Source: the human T2T-CHM13v2.0 reference genome, Homo sapiens. Taken from it: a stretch of DNA of 64,000 bases. Position numbers and translations under genes: made by a program. The DNA is taken from the NCBI RefSeq assembly GCF_009914755.1, contig NC_060929.1. One strand, given 5' to 3'. Positions 39,445-54,158 of this stretch are shown here, one piece after another. Under the pieces are notes generated by a model. That model worked only from the letters and a program-made list of their open reading frames with translations, did not search any database and was not told the DNA's origin. Position 1 is the stretch's first letter, and each line of letters begins with the position of its first letter.

Positions 39445-42400
39445 AAGAATGTTTTCTTCCACACACAAACAGCAGCCTTATATATTAATAATGCTAGACC
39501 CCTACCATTAGTACTGGAATGCTTTTGAGTCATAAATTAGAGGGTGACGCAGTGCCCAGGACCAAAGCTCTACAGCATCCCTGCATGGTGCAACCCTGCA
39601 AGATTTGTGTATAGATCATTTAATAGTTTAGGGGCAGGAATAACCCAAAGCAAAGTGCTCCAGTCACCACTGAGGAAGATCAGGAAAACATTACAATGAA
39701 GCAAAGCTGGTATTACAAAGGCACACTTGCATATCTTGACTTGGGATTTCCATTTTACTGGGCTGGAGGCTAATCATTCTCTCAAACATCTGGTGTGGTT
39801 AGTATCACTCTCCTAACTTTACAGATGAGAAAACAGAGGTTCATAGTGCAAACAGACTCCACAATGTCTTGCTGAATGCACTTGTTGGTTTAGCTACCCC
39901 CTGTGAAGCCTCTTAGGAACTCAGGCCACACTGGTGTTCCTCAGCTCTAGCTCCTGAAACCAGCCTGTCTTGGCCTTTGCTGGTATCCTCCTTTTGTTTA
40001 TTCCTCTTTCGTGGCCTCTTTGCCTCCCTCTTCATCTTGAATATAGGCTCTTCGGTTAATTTTTTTTCTGCCATAGCACACTTCTTTTCTTCTAGGCATT
40101 TATGAAGACTTATTGTATTTTCAGATGTGTCTATTTGTGTATTGTCAGTCTTCATCATCATGAAGTCAAAGTTCTTGCCTGTTTGGTTCACTGCTGTGTC
40201 CCCAGCACCAGGCTCAGTGCTTCATAAATATCTGTGGAATGATGAATGAAAGGAGAGAAGAAAGGAAGGCCAATGCATCACTTTTATTTGAAGGTTTAAA
40301 TATAAAACATAAACTGTTTTCCTGGATATTGTATTAATACGATAATGCTTAAACATTAGAATGTTGAAAGAGTTGTGTAGTGTCGATGTAACAATTGTTA
40401 ATATAAAATAAGAGCTAGTAATTGGAGTTCATTTCAAGGAAAACTGAATTTAATGTTAGGTTGGTTGGTTGTGACACAAATATTCATTGGATCAGAAATT
40501 ACTCCAAAATGCTACAGGAGTCAACAAGGTCAAAGAATTAGTTCTATACCATGTGGCCCAAAAGCAGCACTTTGAACTGAATGCTACAGGGGCCACACAC
40601 AAAGCTCAGGCTTCTTTACAGTTCCTGGTGACATGAGATATTAGGGTACAAGTCTGGGCCTGGAGACCTAATCAAGGCCTGATACGGCTCTGCAATGTGG
40701 GTCGACTTGCTTCTTTTTTCTGAGCATGTTTCTTCTCCTGCGAAATGGGGGTTAATAGTCCCAACCTGCCTAGTTTAACTCCAGATTAACTCATCCTTCA
40801 TCAACATGGGATGGTTGGAATCGGATGTAGGGCCTTGTCCTTTGTAAAAGCATAAAACACAAAGTGCTGTTAAGGATTATAGCAATAAGGCACGCACACA
40901 CAAAACATCTGGGTATCTGTTTGTTCCCTTCTTGCTAATCTGCAGTGGTAATAAGGAATTCCAGGTTAACTCCTAGCTTCTGTTATCAGGCAGAACTTTG
41001 GATTGCAGCCTCGTAGCTCCTCCTGAAAATGCATACTTGAGCCAAGAGCAAACCTGTAAGGGCCTCTCAGATACTGCTCACCCCCCGGAAGCTGGATTGC
41101 TTTGAATATTTTGCCAAATCTCCTTCCCACTCTTAGAAGAAGATTTGAGTTGAAAGCACATAGAACAGTTGTCTTTGCCTGTCACTTCCCCCTTCCCCGG
41201 CTGCAGGATTCCTGTCTCACAACTACCCTCCTACTCCCTTTCTTTTCCTCCGTCCCAGACCCAAACTTGTAGGGGACCTTTTGCCCTGAATTTCAGCAGG
41301 AAACACAACTAGCAACCAGATGTCTGACTTTTTCACCCCATTGGCAAGGATCAGCCATCTTCCCTGTAAACTTCCGGCCTTTCCTCTCTGTTAGATCTTT
41401 CAGCTTCTTCACGCTCTGTCTCCTTTAGCTCAGATGCATGAAAACCCTCCAGAAGAGAAACAAAAGGTAGCCTGCAAAGTGCCGCAAACGTGCATAGTAT
41501 TTATATGCTCTACCCAGCAAATTGGTTGTCGGTGGATGTCGGAGGGGATGGGGGTGAGAGGGTAGCAATTCAGCTTTTAGATTCATTTGGTCTATCAGTA
41601 AATTCAGATCCAATGAAGAATAGGTGGCTTTGATCAAAGATAAAGATAATGAAAAGAAGTTAATAACTTAAAATAACACACCAAGGGAAAAAAACACAGA
41701 TTCTGTTACCATCAAAGTGTTTGAGTATGATAAAATAATAGGTAAAGTAGCTTTCTCAACTTCAGGAATAATGAGAGACCCAGATCTTCTTTGACACAGC
41801 AGAGACCTTTGGGACTGGGGCAGACCTTAGACCTCATTCAGTTTCTTCACTTTCCAGGTGTAGAAACTGAGGTCCTACCTGAGTGGGAAGGACTTGCCCC
41901 AGGTCCCTTGCTTGATGGCAGAGTGGGGTGTCCCAGCTCAAGGGCCTGCCCCTGGCACTGCTTATATCTACCCTGAGACATTTCTGGAGAAGGATGGTGG
42001 TCACGGACCTGGGCTTGATCTGCCGACTCTCTGTGCCTCCTGTCTTCCTGCTCTTGGGATGGTTGGCTGGTCCCCCATCTCAGGAATCCACTCTAATCTG
42101 CGGCTCTCGGCCATGAAGCAGCAGCAGTGATGGGGCTTTTTTCCTGCATCCACCAGCCATCTGATACACACCCCAAAGGGGAGAAGCATGAGCCTTTTTT
42201 TTTTAACATAAGAAACCTACCAATAAACATCTCCGTTGTCAAGTCAACACTTGTTGACCATCTATAGGCAGTACAGAGGAAGTGTTTCTCAAAGAAATGA
42301 ATGAAAAACAGGTGGGGAGTCAGTGGAAGCCTTGAAATTTTAAGGAATTATCACTCAATCGCACAAAGTCCTGTATTACCTTATCCCCTTCCTTGCCCGG

Positions 42401-42533
42401 GCTGACTTTCCCTGCTTACCTCTGTCTTCACTGGTGTAAATCATCATTCCACTAATCCCAGATGTATAGCTTGGGGCAAGTTTCTGCCCCTCTCTGTGCC
42501 CCAGTTTCCTCACCTATGAAGTGAGAATAATAG

Positions 42534-42836
42534 GGCCAGGTACAGTAGCTCAGTCCTGTAAGCCCAATACTTTGAGAGGCTGAGGTGCGAGGATCACTTG
42601 AGCCTAGGAGTTTGAGACCAGCCTGGGCAACAGAGTGAGACCCCATTTCTACAAAAATAATTTTTTTTAAATTAACCAGGTGTGGTGGGATGTGTCTGTA
42701 ATCACAGATACTCAGGAGGCTGAGGTGGGAGGATCACTTGAGCCCAGGAGTTTGAGGTTACAGTGAGTTATGATCATACCACTGCACTCCAGCCTGGGTG
42801 ACAGAGTGAGGCCCTGTCTCTACAAAAAAGAAAAAA
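42534..42836 (+). mobile_element. AluJ-like element inserted in a MIR
   Basis: Full dimer with ggatcacttgagcc in both arms. MIR cagtttcctcacctatgaagtg directly upstream. Confidence 0.93.
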
Positions 42837-43999
42837 GGCATGGGGGAATAATAGTTCTTAGGGATACAATTGCCCTGGGGGTGATGTGAAATGAGGGCTA
42901 TCACACTTAGCATATAGTAGAAGTTCAATAAGCTTTAGTTCTCTTCCTTCTGTAATGGGAGACTATACACATGTTCCTTAAGCAGTGGGTCCCAACAGAA
43001 CAGGAGGGTGCCCTCTTCAGCAAGTCTTATGACATCTTGCCTTCCTACACACCTGAATCTTTGTCCTGCAGCCTCGGCCGCCAACAAGAAAGACCAATCT
43101 GATGCTTAAAGGATGTGTTCAATTCTCCTGGGTAGCATGGGCACCTCATCCTGGCAGGGTCATGGTGGAAAACATTTGCCTTTTCTGTCCCAGGCCCACA
43201 ACCAGGGGCTCCAGCCCTGAAGTTTCTAATTGTTTACTTCGCAACACTTGAATTTTTATTCTAAAAAAAAGGAAGGAAAAAAAAAGGAAAAGAAACCAGG
43301 GCCCAGACTTAATGCAAATGAATCCCAAGGGGAGTCTGTTACCTTCGGGCTCAGAACAATGAGTTAATTGAAAGCGGTAATGAGAAAAAGCAGCTGGCAT
43401 TCATAAACCCATGGGCCAATGAGCAGTTCAATTCCTGGGCAGCAGGTGAGAGCCAGGCTTTCTAGACAACCAAAATGTCAATTTGCTTCTGAAAATAATT
43501 GCCCGAGGAATACCAAGCCACCAGCAAGGACTGAGCCTGTCTACAGGTCCTGTCACCTGGCTGGGGGCCACCTGTGATGGCCCCAGCACCCAGACCTTCA
43601 AGTCTTGAGAAAACTGTGCTTTAAGGACTTACCTGAGACTAAGGACACACACCCACGATGGACACCCAACTGGAGAGTCATGTGAGAAGCCCCAAAGTCA
43701 AAGGACTTGCTTCACATTCCAGCTCTATCACTCCTGTGGGGTGGGGCCTGAGGCAAGGCATGCCACCATACCTTAGTTTCCCCACCTGTCACAATACCTG
43801 TCCTCCCAGCCTCCCAGCATTTCTTTATCTGAACATCAAATGAGATGACATATTTGGAATGCTCTGTAAAATAAGAGATGTGTTGTGAAAATAGAAAATC
43901 CCAACAGAGTGAACTGAGGGGTCAGACTACCTGGTTAACTCAGATAAGACTCAGAAACTAATGCATACCTCACGAGATTGATGAGGGAATTTGATAAAA

Positions 44000-44001
<2 letters not shown>

Positions 44002-44047
<46 letters not shown>
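44002..44047. repeat. Perfect (TG)n microsatellite
   Basis: Directly visible. Confidence 0.97.
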
Positions 44048-44050
<3 letters not shown>

Positions 44051-44859
44051 AACATACAAACAAAGCATTTGGAAAGGTAAACACTGATGTTTAGCACATA
44101 TGGTAAGCCCTGAATAAATGTTAACTAATATTGATTATGGGTTATTATTTTCAGGACAGCCTCAGCTTGTAATGACTAAGCCAAGCTTATGTCAGATGCC
44201 CAGTTTGGGTTTCTATGCACTTTGCTTCATTTTCTAATCATTTCTGGCCACATGGGTCAAATATCCACTCTGCCCACAGTAGTCCTGCATCATACAAAGA
44301 GGGCTAGGCTGAGTAGACAGAGCAGTAGATGGTTTTAAAGACAAAATGATTCACAACACAGCTGAGATCTAACCAATTGAGATGCCATGTCTTTCCAAGA
44401 CCAGAAAATTACACTACACTGTGAACTCATTGCAGTCTTGTCCACCTGCTGGGCCATGGAGCAGTGTCATGGAATCTCCAGGGAGCCTTTTATTTGAACC
44501 ACTGATGGAATCCAGAGCACAAGAACCTGGGAAGTGTGATTGTGCATGTGTGTGTTTGTTGGATGAGAGATGTGGAACAGCCACCAAGAAAAAAATAATA
44601 TGCTCCTTGGATAAGACAGAGGATACTTCACACAAGGGTCTTCCTGGGTATCTATCTGCCCACTTCTCCTGCCTCTGCTTGTCTCTTAGAGTATCTCAGA
44701 ATGTCCTTCTGAGAAAGTCCCCTTAGATCATGCCATTGTTCATAAGCAACCTCAAGTGGGACTTTCTGGCAGGTCCTAAGGGATGTCAACCATACTGTGC
44801 TGAGCATAAGTCCCACAGCAAGTGCAGGAATGAGTCTGCGGGGCTGTGTCTTGGCATGT

Positions 44860-45505
44860 CCTTCAGTAAAAGCCAAAGGCAATATTAAAGCACAACTGCT
44901 TAATTCACACGCTGCCAGTAGGAGTGAAAACTGGCACAACCTTTTTAGAGCACAATTTGGCAGTATTTTTCAAAACTAAAGATTTACCTACTCTTTAACT
45001 CAGGTTTTACTTCAAAACCTCAGTTCTTCAGAAGAAACATGCCCATGCATGCACAGAGGCATAGGCACAAGCCTGTTTATTACAGCATGCCAGTAATAGG
45101 AGACAACTGGAAACAACCCAGGTACTCATCCAACTGCACAAAGATGCAAGGATGCTTGCTACATCAGGTTTATAACAGCAACAAAAAAAGCAAGGTGGTG
45201 CAAACTCTTTTGTAGGAGCTTTTATAAAATGGACGTGATTTAGTATGTAGTCTACAGTGGCATGGAAAGGCTCCAAATATATATTAAGTGGAAAAAGTAG
45301 ATTGCAAAGCATTAAATGCACTAAAATCCTTTTTGATAGCATACATATGGCAACAAGATCTGAATGAATGTATGGAGAAGTATTAACAGTTGTTATCTTG
45401 GTGGGGGAGGGGAGGGAGGTTACAGGAAACTTGTACTTTCTACATTATTTATTTCTATAGGGCTTGACTTCTTCATGATGAGGATACATTAATTTTGAAT
45501 TTTAA
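44860..45505 (+). mobile_element. Ancient L1ME-like 3' fragment
   Basis: ggagtgaaaactggcacaacctttttagagcacaatttggcagta...caactggaaacaaccca, typical of the L1 ORF2 end/3' UTR. Confidence 0.7.
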
Positions 45506-46178
45506 AACAGTCAGAATGATTAAGGAACTATACATAAGCAAAACTGAGGATAAATCAATCCCAGAGCAGAGGTTATAACAGCATATGTGCAACAGCTGAG
45601 TTAGAGCGCAGTTTCAAAGATGCAGAGAGGCAGTTTGATTTGGGCTCTTTTGTGGGATCTTTAGTAGGCAGTGGTCAAGTTTTGCTAGAACCTGGGACAT
45701 AGGCAGCTCAAGGGCCTGTTTTCCACTGAAGGCAGCAAACACCAACCAACCAGCACCTTGTGAGTCGCTCACTGATAGGGGAGTTCTGAGCATCAGAGCA
45801 GAGGGGTGGTTGTCTGGCCACCTGAATGCAGGGGCAGCCCCCTTCTTTTTCTTCCCATGGAGCTGGGGTGCAGAGGAAGTGGTCAAAGCCTGGTTGCCCC
45901 TTGAGAGCAGACCTGGGTCTGAGCCAACAGGGAAGGGTTTCCTTATAGCTCCATCCATCACCCAGGCGGGAAACTCTGAACAGATGATTTTCCATTCTTT
46001 CCTTCCTCCAAGAGGCCCCAAAAAAACTTTCATGTTTCCCTTTATGGCTCCCTAATTCTTCAAGTTTTGATTCAGGGTGAGCTGGATGAGAAAGATTGGA
46101 TTACACACTGGGGGACGGTCAATTCTGGGATCCAGATGGCTGAGCAGACTCTGCTCACAGCTTCTTATGCTGTGTTGC

Positions 46179-46522
46179 TGTCTTAGTCTATTCAGCTGCT
46201 GTAACAAAATAACCTGGACTGGGTAAGTTATAAACAACAGGAATTTATTGCTCACAGTTCTAGAGGCTGGGCAAGTTCAAGATCAATGTGCCAGCAGATT
46301 CAGTGTCGGGTGAGGTGCCTCACAGATGGTATCTTCTGTGTCCTTCTGTGATGGAAGGACAAACAAGCTGCCCCAGGCTTCTTTGATAAGGGCACTAATC
46401 CCCTTCATGAGGGCTCTGCCCTCGTGACTTATTCACTCCCAAAGGCCCTACCTCCGCATTACCCTGGGAGCTAGGTTTCAACATATGAATTTACAAAGAA
46501 CACAAACATTCAGACCATAGAA
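46179..46522 (-). mobile_element. MLT1A-type solo LTR
   Basis: tgtcttagtctattcagctgctgtaacaaaata...cacaaacattcagaccatag. Confidence 0.85.
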
Positions 46523-46899
46523 TCATTTCTTGCAGATAAGCAGGCCAGGACAGAGTCCTCCTCCCTAGCAAGACATTATCAACTGCTCTAGAACCTGAGT
46601 CTGAGGAACAGCACGTGTGCCTCTTTTGAGTCAGTAAAGTCAGCTGGACCTGTTGGAAAGGTGGCATGGGGTGAGAAGTCTTTGCTTCCCTTAATCCCAC
46701 CTCATCTGAGATCTGCTTCCAATTTTAATGTTGTTTCTGGGGAGAGGCCCAGAACTGTCTCTGAGCCTTTTTAACAGTGAGAAGATTTATACAAGTCATG
46801 TGAACTACCCTGAAATATTTAAAAGCTAACTCATGATGGAAGACCTTAGACCTATTCTGTGGGTTTCCAGAGGATATGTATCCTTGTCAATAGTGGGAA

Positions 46900-47112
46900 T
46901 GACCAACCTGGGCAACAAAGCAAGGTCCCATGTCTACAAAAAAATGTAAAAATTAGCTGGGCACAGTGGTATGTGCCTGTAGTCCCAGTCATTTGGGCGG
47001 CTGAGGCAGGAGGATCTTTTGAGCCCAGGAGTTTGAGGCTGCAAGTGAGTTATGATTGTGCCACTGCACTCCAGCCTGGGTGGCAGGGCAACACCCTATC
47101 TCAAAAAGAATA
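46900..47112 (+). mobile_element. AluJ-like, 5'-truncated
   Basis: gaccaacctgggcaac...linker, right arm and tail. Confidence 0.88.
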
Positions 47113-47823
47113 GTAATGATAATAAAATGGGGATGGGTTATAGGGGAAGTGGGGCATTTTTGACTCATTGTAAGGAATTACCTAAGAAACTGAGTATATA
47201 AAGGAATGAACCATTTCCTACAGCAGCAGTGAGTTCCCTGTCACAGGAAGAGTGTAAGCAGAGAGCTGATGGCCATTGTCAGGCTTGTTAGAGGATGACT
47301 AGGATGCTCTAACAAGGAGGGAATGTTGTTCCCTTCCAGAATTTCATTCGAATATGAGATGTATGAGAATAGGGACTGCATCTGCTTGTCCATGGCTGTA
47401 CACCAGTTACATGAGCAATGCTTGTGTAGAGGATGTTTGGTGTGTATTTTTGAACAGGGAAGTAAAATAATGATCGAAGGGAGGAAACTGAAGCTCCGTG
47501 TCATCTTTACCTAGCACACAGCTTGCTGCATAGCAACAGAAACTTGCCTCTCAGGGTGTCTATGTGGATCCTTAGAATTCTCTTTTTTTCCCCAAATCCA
47601 AGTTAATAGTCCTATCATCTGGAAACCTGGATGCTCTATGATCTTCAGCATCATTCAAATCTGTCTGAGTTTCAGAAATGACTACTCAACATTATGGATG
47701 AATTAGGCTTTAAAACATTCAGATTTGGGCTGTTCTCAGAACACATAGCAGCATAGCAAGGCATCAAAGTTTTGGGCTTTGGATTCATACAGACTTGACT
47801 CTATCACTTAAAAGTGTGACTTT

Positions 47824-48131
47824 GGCTGGGTATGGTGGTTCACACCTGTAATCCCAGCACTTTGGGAGCCTAAGGCAGGAGAATCACTTGAGCCCAGGAG
47901 TTTGAGACCATCCTGGGCAATGTAGGGAGACCCCATCCCTACAAAAAATAAAAACAAATAACTCAGGCTTGGTAGCATCTGCCTGTGGTCCCGGCTACTG
48001 GGGAGGCTGAGGTTGGAGGATCACTTGTGTCTGGGTGGTCGAGGCTGCAGTGAGCTATATGATTGAGCCACTGCACTTTAGCCTGGGCATCAGAGTGAGA
48101 CTCTGTCTCAAATAATAAATAATAATAATAA
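47824..48131 (+). mobile_element. AluJ-like with (AAT)n tail
   Basis: Full dimer. Confidence 0.93.
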
Positions 48132-48455
48132 TATGATTTTGAGCAAATGGCCTTCTCATGTTGCTTTCAACCTCAGTTTTCTCACCTGTGAAATAGGGGC
48201 AATAACAATACACTTAACAGTACACTCAAATTACTGTCAAAATTACTATTTCATATGCCTGTCTCACAGCCACATGAGGGAAGGTTCTCCATTTTAAGCT
48301 GCTAATCACCCCTAAGCTGTTAGTCCCAGGCTCAGAGCTTGGTGGCAGCTCAAATTGCAGACCTAGAAAAACAGTTTGGGAAGAGACTCAGGGCTCATCA
48401 GGCAGTTGTCAGGCAGTGAAGATTAGCGAGTAGAGAACAAGATTGTCACCCACCT

Positions 48456-49205
<750 letters not shown>

Positions 49206-51159
49206 CACCTGTAAACATTTTAGGAAGCTCACTAGGGACAAAAACAAAGTGCCTTCTTGTCTTCAGATTCCTTTATACATCAGAGAGTTGGGAGGGAAAG
49301 CTGTCATGCTCAGAATTTCACATGGGCCCTTGCAAAAGGAGCATGTTTTTCTATGAGAGGTGGGGCCAAAGAGATTGTCAGTATGGGGAAGTGCCCCAGG
49401 ACTCTTAACTCACAGCTAAGGGAAAGAGGGAGTGGAGGGGAGCAGCAGCGTTTGTGAACCAGCAGGCAAGGGAAGCCCCTAGAGGAGCAGTGTGGTCTAG
49501 TGGGAGTTGAGGGGCCTGCTGGGGTTATGGAGAGTACCAGGAAGGAAGCAGCTCTGGGGGAAATAGTCCTTGGAATCTGCTGCCTTCTGCCAGCTAGGGT
49601 TCAGTCCATAATCCCAGCACTGGGATTAGGAAGGCTCAAATGTCTTCAGTGTTACCATCACCATGAACTAGAGCCAAGACCAGCACCCAGGTTAGCTGAT
49701 TTCTGGGCACTGTCTGTTCCCTTTAATTTCTGCCCTCCCAGGGGACACCTGGAAAGCTCTGAGGTCCTGTGGTGATGGGGGCTTATTCATTTGATTCTGG
49801 AAATATTTACTGTCATTCACTCTGTTCCAGGCCTGGTGGTAAATCTGGGGGATAAAAAGGAGAGCAAAGACACTCATTTATTCACTTGGTCAGCGAATTG
49901 TGAGTGGGACTGATGGGCTCTGTACTATGTGCTGTGCTGGGTTTGAGGACACAAAGACAAGTGACTTCGTTCCTCCTGTAAGCACACATTGAATGCATGT
50001 TGTATGATGCTGGAAACAAAGATAAACCTGAGCCTATATTCTGCCCTCAGGGAGCTCACAGTGTCGGGGCAGACAGACACACAAATGCAGCAGTGTGTAA
50101 ACAAAGCCAGTATGGAGGCATGGAGGGAGAGAGGTTCTCCAAAGAGAGAGATCCAAGGCGAAGTTGGTGGTCACCTTGGCTAGGCAGAGAAGGCCATGGC
50201 ATGTTACAGGGATGTTGCAGGTGGGGCTGGTGATCCAGTTTGAGGGGCCTGGGGAGGTGGTAGCAGGAGATGGGGCTACAAAGATGATTTGATGCCTGAT
50301 TGTGGGGGCCTTGCTAGGGTGTTAAAGCTGATCCTTAGCCAGGGAAGAGCTGTTGAGTGATTTTAACTCAGGAAGCAACAGGCTGAGACTGGATGTTTAT
50401 AAGGGGCCTCCTGCTGTTGTGTGGGTTGTAGACCATAAAGGATGAAGCAGAGAGGCAAATATGTCAGACGGTAGCAGCTGCTATCCAGGTGAGAGAATCA
50501 AGGCCTGTGCTGGATTTGGGGGAATAATAGGGATTAGATTCTGAGATCCCTTTTTCCCTAACAGGACATGATCCCTCCATCCCTGCCCTCACCCTTAGCA
50601 CCTGGCATAGTGTCTGGGCCCCAGCAGGAGCTCCATGGATGTGTGGGAAGTAACTCATTGATGCCAAAAACCATCCCCAAAGTCCTGCCCACAAGGCCAC
50701 TGTAGGGGAAGACGCAGGAGCAGGAGGAAAAGAGGGCATAACAGGGTGCTGCCCATCTCTGTCTCCCTAGCTATTTTAGGAATCTGAGGGACAGGAAAAT
50801 GGGGCTTAGGGGAGCTAGAAGCAGCTTGAGTCACTTATTCTGTGAACACAGCCTGTTGTCTTTGATTTGCCTTCCTCCTCAGAAATCCTATCCCATCAGC
50901 CATGCCCAGGGTTTGCTGTCCTCATCCAACTTGACCCAACTTTACCTCCTGCCATTCTGTTGACTATTCCCTCCTTGAAATACTGTCTTCATTCAGTGTG
51001 CACAAGCCATCGCTCCTGGATTTCCCTCAATCCTACTCTCTGCTCCTCACCTACTCAGCCACCCCTCTTCCTCAAGTTGTTGTTTAATGATAGAAACTCC
51101 TCAGAGCTCTGCCCTTACATGTTTGCGCTCTTCCCTGAGTGAGCTTGTCATACTATTGT

Positions 51160-51649
51160 AGTGTAGTGGCTTACGAGGCAGCTGCAATCCCTCCCTCTCT
51201 TCCCTGCACACATGCCTCTTTGAAATGTAACTGCCATTCCTCTTATCATAAGGTAGAATCTATTTCTCAGTCTTTAGAACTGGGCTTGCTTTGGTCAATG
51301 GGTAATTTTTAAAAGTGATGAAAATAAAGACTTAAAAAACATTTGTACGTTGGTGATCGCCCTCTCTTGCTGTGCTTTTGGACACTAAAACTGTCTTGTA
51401 AATGAACCTAAGCTAGCCCATAGGAGTGGCCATGTGGAGGATAGCCAAGATGCTCTAGCCAACAGCCTAACAAACTTGTGAGTGAGGCTGTTGCAGAGCA
51501 TTCTCACCCAAGAGAGATCAGCAGATGAACCACCCAGCTAATCCCAGATGAAACTGCCAACTTACGGAATTGTGAGCTAGTAAATAACTGTTGTTTTGTG
51601 TCACTAAACTTTTGGGTAGTTTGTTATACACCAAAGGCTACTTGATACT
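51160..51649 (+). mobile_element. MLT1-type solo LTR inserted in L2
   Basis: Ends gttgttttgtgtcactaaacttttgggtagtttgttatacac...tgatac. L2 sequence on both sides. Confidence 0.7.
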
Positions 51650-52630
51650 CATGGCTTTAAACAATATCTTTATACTGAGAATTTCTAAAATTTGCATCTC
51701 TATTCCAGATTACTGCCTGAGCTCAAGATGTATACTATCTACTTACAACCATGTGAATATCTCATAGGCATTTCTAATTTAACATATCCAAAAGAGAGCT
51801 CTTGATCTTTTCTCAGAAGGAATCTGCCTTTCCTCTGGTTACTATCATCTGTACATGGCACTTTAACCACATAGTTACTCAAACTAGGAAACTGGGAGTC
51901 ATTCTTGACACCTCATTATTCTTCACCACCATACCCCACATCTAGTTTGTCACTTAGTACTTTCAACCAACCCTACACTGAAAATTCTTCTTTAATTTGC
52001 CTTCCTGTCTCTCTCCACTGTCACCATCCTGGTTCAAAGCAAGTGATGATTCTCTTGCCTGGACAACTCCAATAGCCTCCTAACTAGTCAACCACTTCCA
52101 TTCTTGCCCTTTGCAATCCATTCTCAGCCCAACAGCCAGCGTGAACAGATCATGTCACCCCACCCCCAGCTCACTTGCACCTTCCAGTTTCTTCCCTTTG
52201 CATGTAGGAGCAAGTTCAAACTCCTCTCCACATTCTCTGAGACCTGCAAGAGTGTGGTTCTAACTCTCTGCACTCATCTCCCACTGTGTTCCCCTTTGCT
52301 CACCCTTTCTTTTCAGCCATGTCAGCCTTCTTTCATTTCTTTGAACTCTTCAAACTTTTCAAGACTTTCAGCCTGCCTATATGCTGTCCCTTTTCCTGAA
52401 ATTCTTTCCCCTCCTTTCTCGGCCTGGCTAATTTTACTCTTGCTTTGGTTGTCATCTCAAATACTACTTCTTTAAAGAAGACATACATATTTTTCTGACT
52501 AGACTGTATGTTCCTTGAAGAGAGGGATCTTGTCTGTTATGTGCACTATGGAATACACAGCACCTAGCCCAGAGTCTGACACATAGTAGGCTCTCAATAA
52601 AATTTTTGTTGCATAAATAAATGAATAAAT
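51650..52630 (+). mobile_element. L2 3' portion
   Basis: tctcttgcctggacaactccaatagcctcctaact...cctagcccagagtctgacacatagtaggctctcaataaa...atgaat. Confidence 0.8.
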
Positions 52631-53205
52631 AAGTAGTTGCTGAATGCCCTCATTCACTTATTGGCTTGATATATATTTCTCGAGTACCTGCTGGGGACCA
52701 AGCCCCGTGCTAGCTTCCAGAAGTACACTGATGAGCATCAGCAGGAATATCCAACTTCATAAAGCTTACAGTTTACCAAGGGAGGCAACCTGTGATCACA
52801 TAATCCCCATGTAGAATGTATAATAGTGAAGGGAGAGATGCGGTCTGAAAAAAATAGTTATCTGGGAACCTAGAAGGAAGGAGCCACTCGAGACTGAGAA
52901 ATCCTGAAAGGCTTTTTCTTAAGGAAGCTATGCGGAGATCTGAAAGGTGAGTAGGAGTGGATGGTGGGGGAAGTATATAGTCCAAGGTGAGGGAGGGAGA
53001 ATGTGCCCTGCAAGGAGCCAAAAGAAGGCCAGTGTGGAGGGATGCAGAGCATGGAGGAGGGAGGAAGAATTGAGGCTTGAAAGCTGGGGAGCAGCAAAGG
53101 ATGTCTTTTGTCCTAAAAGCCAAGTGAAGGCTTTTGAAGGGTTTGAATCTGGGAGGGGTTGGGGATTTGACAGGATTATATTAGCAGTTTGAAAACATCA
53201 CTCTG

Positions 53206-53509
53206 GGCCGGTTGTGGTGGCTCACGCCTGCAATCCCAGCACTTTGGGAGGCCACGGTGGGTGGACCACCTGAGGTCAGGAGTTTGAGACCAGCCTGACC
53301 AATATGCTGAAACCCCATCTCTACTAAAAATACAAAAATTAGCTGGGTGTGGTGGCATGCAACTGTAATCCCAGCTACTTGGGAGGCTGAGACAGACGAA
53401 TTACTTGAACCTGGGAGTTGGAGGTTGCAGCCAAGATCAGGCCACTGCACTTCAGCCTGGGAGACAAAGTGAGACTCCGTCTCAAAAGAAAAAAAAAAAG
53501 AAAAGAAAA
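53206..53509 (+). mobile_element. Alu (AluS-like) in antisense L2
   Basis: Full dimer with degenerate TSD gaaaacatcactctg / gaaaatttcattctg. Confidence 0.95.
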
Positions 53510-53701
53510 TTTCATTCTGCCTACTGTGTGGAAGATGAATGGAAAGGGTCAGGAAGAGATGGAGGAGACTCTTGTAGACCCTCCAGCCAGAGAGGATGGT
53601 ACTGTGAGTTAGGGGCAACAGGAAGAATGGAGAGAAGAGGTGGGAAGGGGATAATGAGAAAGAGAATGAATTATTTTTATGAAAATAGGTATGACTACCA
53701 G

Positions 53702-54158
<457 letters not shown>

